DNA from: an uncultured Planctomycetales bacterium
GTDB taxonomy: Bacteria > Omnitrophota > Gorgyraeia > Gygaellales > Profunditerraquicolaceae
NCBI GenBank assembly: GCA_964427405.1
Contig: CAYRUB010000006.1
Location: forward strand, 15,558-79,557
Length of the DNA: 64,000 nt
Direction of reading: 5' to 3'
Position 1 is the stretch's first letter, and each line of letters starts with the position of its first letter. The position numbers were made by a program, and so were the translations under genes. Below the pieces are notes generated by a model that had not been told where the DNA came from, searched no databases, and was given only the letters and a program-made list of their open reading frames with translations. Below, piece after piece: positions 61,088 through 64,000 of this stretch.

Positions 61088-61684
61088 ATGAATAATCTAA
61101 TAAAACAGGATCAAGATAGGTTAAAGCTTTTCAAGAAGCATGGTTATGATATCCCTAAAGCCAGAAATTTTATTCTTGCCAAAGCTGGGCCTATTCAGGG
61201 TCGAGTTTTGGAAGTGGGTACTGGCAGAGGACATACGGCGGTAGCTCTAGCAAGAAAAGGGATAAAACTTATTTCGATTGATTTAGACAAGAAAGCTCAA
61301 AGTGCAGCCAAGTTAAACCTTAAGAAAATGAAGTTAAATAAATATGTTGTTTTTAGGGTAATGAACGCCGAAAAATTAATTTATCCGGATAATTATTTTG
61401 ATTTTGTGATTTCGGTAAATTTTATTCACCATGCTGATTATCCCGGTAAATGCATTAGGGAGATGATAAGAGTTACTAAGGAAAAACTGGTAATTGTAGA
61501 TATTAATCAAAAAGGTCAGCGTGTTATGGAAAAAGTCCATGCGTTAGATGGGCATAGTCATGCGTCGTCTAAAATGTCCATGTTGGTTGTAAAAGAATAC
61601 TTACGTAAAACCGGATTGGTGGTTAAGGTTTATAGAGATGTATGTCAGACTGTTATCGTGGCTAAGAAAGGAGTAGTAAAGTGA
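61088..61684 (+). CDS. Class I SAM-dependent methyltransferase
   Basis: VLEVGTGRG, NAEKL, FDFVIS..HH. Confidence 0.85.
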   Translation: MNNLIKQDQDRLKLFKKHGYDIPKARNFILAKAGPIQGRVLEVGTGRGHTAVALARKGIKLISIDLDKKAQSAAKLNLKKMKLNKYVVFRVMNAEKLIYPDNYFDFVISVNFIHHADYPGKCIREMIRVTKEKLVIVDINQKGQRVMEKVHALDGHSHASSKMSMLVVKEYLRKTGLVVKVYRDVCQTVIVAKKGVVK

Positions 61685-62046
61685 AAGTATGTATTCCAAC
61701 AGAAACAAATGAAGGAAAGAACGCAAAGGTTTATGGTCATTTCGGTAGCGCACCATATTTTACCATTGTTGACACAGAGAAAGACGCTGTAGAGATTATT
61801 GACAATGCGAACCAGCATCATGCGCATGGGATGTGTCAACCGATGAACGCGTTAATGGGGAAGTCGATTGATGCTGTGGTTACCGGTGGAATGGGCGCCC
61901 GGGCGGTTCAAGGACTTAATCAAGGCGGAATCAAGGCTTATCGGGCTATTCCGGGGACAGTTGCTGATATTGTTAGTCAATTTACCAAAGGTGGGCTTGA
62001 GGAAATAACCGTCGAGAATGCCTGCTCTCAACATGGATGTCATTAA
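61681..62046 (+). CDS. NifB/NifX family protein
   Basis: HFGSAPYF, GGMG..A, C..HGCH tail. Confidence 0.88.
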   Translation: MKVCIPTETNEGKNAKVYGHFGSAPYFTIVDTEKDAVEIIDNANQHHAHGMCQPMNALMGKSIDAVVTGGMGARAVQGLNQGGIKAYRAIPGTVADIVSQFTKGGLEEITVENACSQHGCH

Positions 62047-62059
62047 AGAGGAGGACATA

Positions 62060-62380
62060 ATGAAGATAGGGGTTATAATCTCCAGTAATGATACCGAGAC
62101 TTGTTGGAATGCTCTACGATACGGCAATTTTTGCCTTGGGCAGAAGGATGAAGTAAAGGTATTTTTGACCGGCAAAGGCGTCGAATACCAGAATATTAGC
62201 ACGGAAAAATTCAACACGATTGAGCAGGCGGAAGAATTGCTTCAGTCTGGTGGTAAAATACTGGCTTGCGGAACGTGCATTAAATCGCGGAATCAGGAAG
62301 GTACGGAAATGTGTCCGATTAATACGATGAAGGATATGTATGAAATTATTAAAGAGAGCGACAAGGTTGTTACCTTTTAG
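62060..62380 (+). CDS. DsrE family protein
   Basis: WNALR, VFLTGKGVE, ACGTCIKSR, SDKVVTF. Confidence 0.85.
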   Translation: MKIGVIISSNDTETCWNALRYGNFCLGQKDEVKVFLTGKGVEYQNISTEKFNTIEQAEELLQSGGKILACGTCIKSRNQEGTEMCPINTMKDMYEIIKESDKVVTF

Positions 62381-62389
62381 CAAGAGGAT

Positions 62390-62581
62390 ATGAATAAAAC
62401 AGTTTTGATCAATGAAAATCTTTGCATTGGCTGCGCAAAGTGCGTTGAATTATGTCCCAAAAATATCTTGTATGTAGATAAGACAAGCAATAAATGTAAG
62501 GTTTCAGATGAAACTAAATGCGATAAGCTTGCTGGTTGTCAACGAGTCTGCCCTGTAAAAGCAATCAACATAATCGAATAA
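62390..62581 (+). CDS. 4Fe-4S ferredoxin
   Basis: CIGCAKCVELCP; second motif CDKLAGCQRVCP. Confidence 0.85.
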   Translation: MNKTVLINENLCIGCAKCVELCPKNILYVDKTSNKCKVSDETKCDKLAGCQRVCPVKAINIIE

Positions 62582-62617
62582 TCCCCTACAAAAATAGCAG
62601 AATGAATTCTATGGGAT

Positions 62618-63070
62618 ATGTGGGAATCATACAGAAATATTCTTAGGCGCTACCCTAAAATTCCCCTATCTGAAGAAAGACGTTTGATTCTCAAGGCTCA
62701 AAGAGGATCCAAGAAAAGCAAGGATGAACTTGTTCTCCGTCATATCAGTTTCCTAATCTTTAGAATTCGCAAAATAGCATTTTCTTCCTTGCTTTGGCCA
62801 TTTGGAGAGGATTTATTAGCAGAAGCCATTCTTATCGTTTATAAAAAAATTGAAAGTTATGACCTTAATTACTGCGATAAGAAGGGGAATCCTAACCCGG
62901 TTAAATTTACCTCTTACATTTGGAAACGAATTGATGGTTTCATAATTGATTCATTAAAGAAAGAGCTTAACGAATCAAATTATTACGATAGATACAGCGG
63001 GTATGCCATCAAAAATGGGGATTCATCGTCTATGTCCGGGTCCGGAGAGGTGGACAATTCTATCTCTTGA
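62618..63070 (+). CDS. Sigma70 region 1.2/2-only protein (truncated sigma factor)
   Basis: EERRL..AQRG..DELV, EDLL.E, KFTSY..W.RI; no region 3/4. Confidence 0.6.
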   Translation: MWESYRNILRRYPKIPLSEERRLILKAQRGSKKSKDELVLRHISFLIFRIRKIAFSSLLWPFGEDLLAEAILIVYKKIESYDLNYCDKKGNPNPVKFTSYIWKRIDGFIIDSLKKELNESNYYDRYSGYAIKNGDSSSMSGSGEVDNSIS

Positions 63071-63224
63071 CTTATCAGAGAGTTATAAATTACAAGTCAA
63101 TAATGACCGGACAAGGCGGACATTCCCGCTCTAAATCCACAATATCCTTGATATATTGAGTTATCAAGCCTATAATTACTTGTATAAATAGAGAGGGGTT
63201 TCTCTTTGGTTTATACGAGTGGAT
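63031..63224 (+). repeat. ~200-bp repeat, copy 3 (diverged, internal deletion; att-like member h at 63190)
   Basis: atgtccgggtc..ggaca, ccggacaa, ctctaaatccacaatatccttgatatattgag, agagagg. Confidence 0.75.
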
Positions 63225-63268
63225 TATTATTTTAATAAAAATACAAGTTATAGAAAGAGGTGCGAGAT

Positions 63269-63634
63269 ATGAAAAAGATACTTTTAACAGCATTCGTTTT
63301 TGTATTTACTAGCCCTTTGTGTTTTGCCCAACAGGCTTCAGCACCGGTTAGCCAAACTGCGCAAACATCAGCAGGAATCAGAACTATGACCGGCACCGGC
63401 AGGGTTGGTTCGATAATTATTGGGGACTCTACGAAGGGAATAAAATCACAACTTTCGGTTATGGATGACTATGGGAAGAATACTAGCTTTGCAGTATCAG
63501 GCGAAACCGCTATCACTGATAAAGACGGAAAGGTTGTTGCCATAAGTGATTTAAAGAAAGGCGATAAGGTTACTGTAGTTTATGCAGTAGGTAAGAAAGT
63601 TAATAGAGCGCAATCTATTAAATTAGTAGAATAA
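63269..63634 (+). CDS. Secreted hypothetical protein (OB-fold-like)
   Basis: Signal peptide; ISDLKKGDKVTVVY. Confidence 0.65.
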   Translation: MKKILLTAFVFVFTSPLCFAQQASAPVSQTAQTSAGIRTMTGTGRVGSIIIGDSTKGIKSQLSVMDDYGKNTSFAVSGETAITDKDGKVVAISDLKKGDKVTVVYAVGKKVNRAQSIKLVE

Positions 63635-63685
63635 TAAGTCGTCAGTAGCGGATTACGGAAAAATTGATATATTAAGCGTCACTTG

Positions 63686-63720
63686 AAGGCTATTGATCGG
63701 AGACGGTCAGTAGCCTTTTT
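63686..63720 (+). terminator. Intrinsic terminator
   Basis: aaggctattgatcg-gaga-cggtcagtagcctt followed by T-run. Confidence 0.65.
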
Positions 63721-63835
63721 GCTCCTTTCAATTATACCTAGGTACAATTGATTCCATTTTAGATACTTCTATACTATTACAAGGCTGGAGAATTGTAACC
63801 TATGGAAATTGATTTAGAAAATGGAGGTGAATATA

Positions 63836-63988
63836 ATGGGTGAACACAATTGTTACAAAAAAGATGAAGCGGAGTGTATCAGAAAAAAGGCTTATGAATT
63901 ATGGGAGCAGGACGGACGTAAACATGGCCGTGATCTGAATTATTGGCTGCATGCTGAGAAAGCTGTAAAAATCAAGATTAAAAAATAA
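63836..63988 (+). CDS. DUF2934 domain protein (50 aa; not in ORF track)
   Basis: IRKKAYELWEQDGR.HGRDL.YWL.AE; ggagg RBS. Confidence 0.85.
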   Translation: MGEHNCYKKDEAECIRKKAYELWEQDGRKHGRDLNYWLHAEKAVKIKIKK

Positions 63989-64000
63989 TATAACAAAGGA

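Noticed and set aside
1001-62383. Numerous short antisense or overlapping ORFs in the track (e.g. 3801-4313, 16333-16518, 23285-23476, 47215-47732, 49803-50208, 51198-51480)
   Set aside because: They shadow confident genes, RNAs or repeats and show no recognisable motifs
40800-63224. CRISPR array or classical integron attC array
   Set aside because: Repeats are kilobases apart and degenerate; no cas genes, tyrosine IntI or RYYYAAC..GTTRRRY boxes recognised
24729-64000. tRNA-His 3'-end duplication as attR
   Set aside because: None seen by eye in the window; it could lie beyond it

Overview
The window has two parts. (1) About 1-24.8 kb is compact bacterial housekeeping DNA: metG 3' end, tatD, mtnA, thiL, tsaE/tsaB, alr, lptG/F, comF, pyrE, a Maf-M48 fusion, smpB/tmRNA, murI, queDCEF, fumarate hydratase, rph, rdgB and four tRNAs. 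It is sprinkled with short GC-rich palindromic elements, two of them in frame inside genes. Gene order and style suggest Ca. Omnitrophota, which is an inference only. (2) A genomic island starts directly after tRNA-His(GTG). It encodes a large serine recombinase with DUF2924 and an Xis-like HTH, a HerA-NurA-MTase-SIR2-SIR2 operon, and a ParB-MTase/TerS-like/TerL module with no capsid genes. It also carries a caspase-Ski2-helicase fusion next to a Ser/Thr kinase, many single-gene defence-like ORFs (HEPN, SIR2, NDT-TPR, DUF4238, HNH-like), and a KdpDE-TrkH module. The most unusual signal is non-coding. A dispersed family of ~54-bp imperfectly palindromic sites with interchangeable left and right halves, plus three ~200-bp related repeats, sits at the boundaries between cargo modules. 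This suggests a serine-recombinase-associated cassette-accretion array. All calls are by eye from motifs; no database searches were run.
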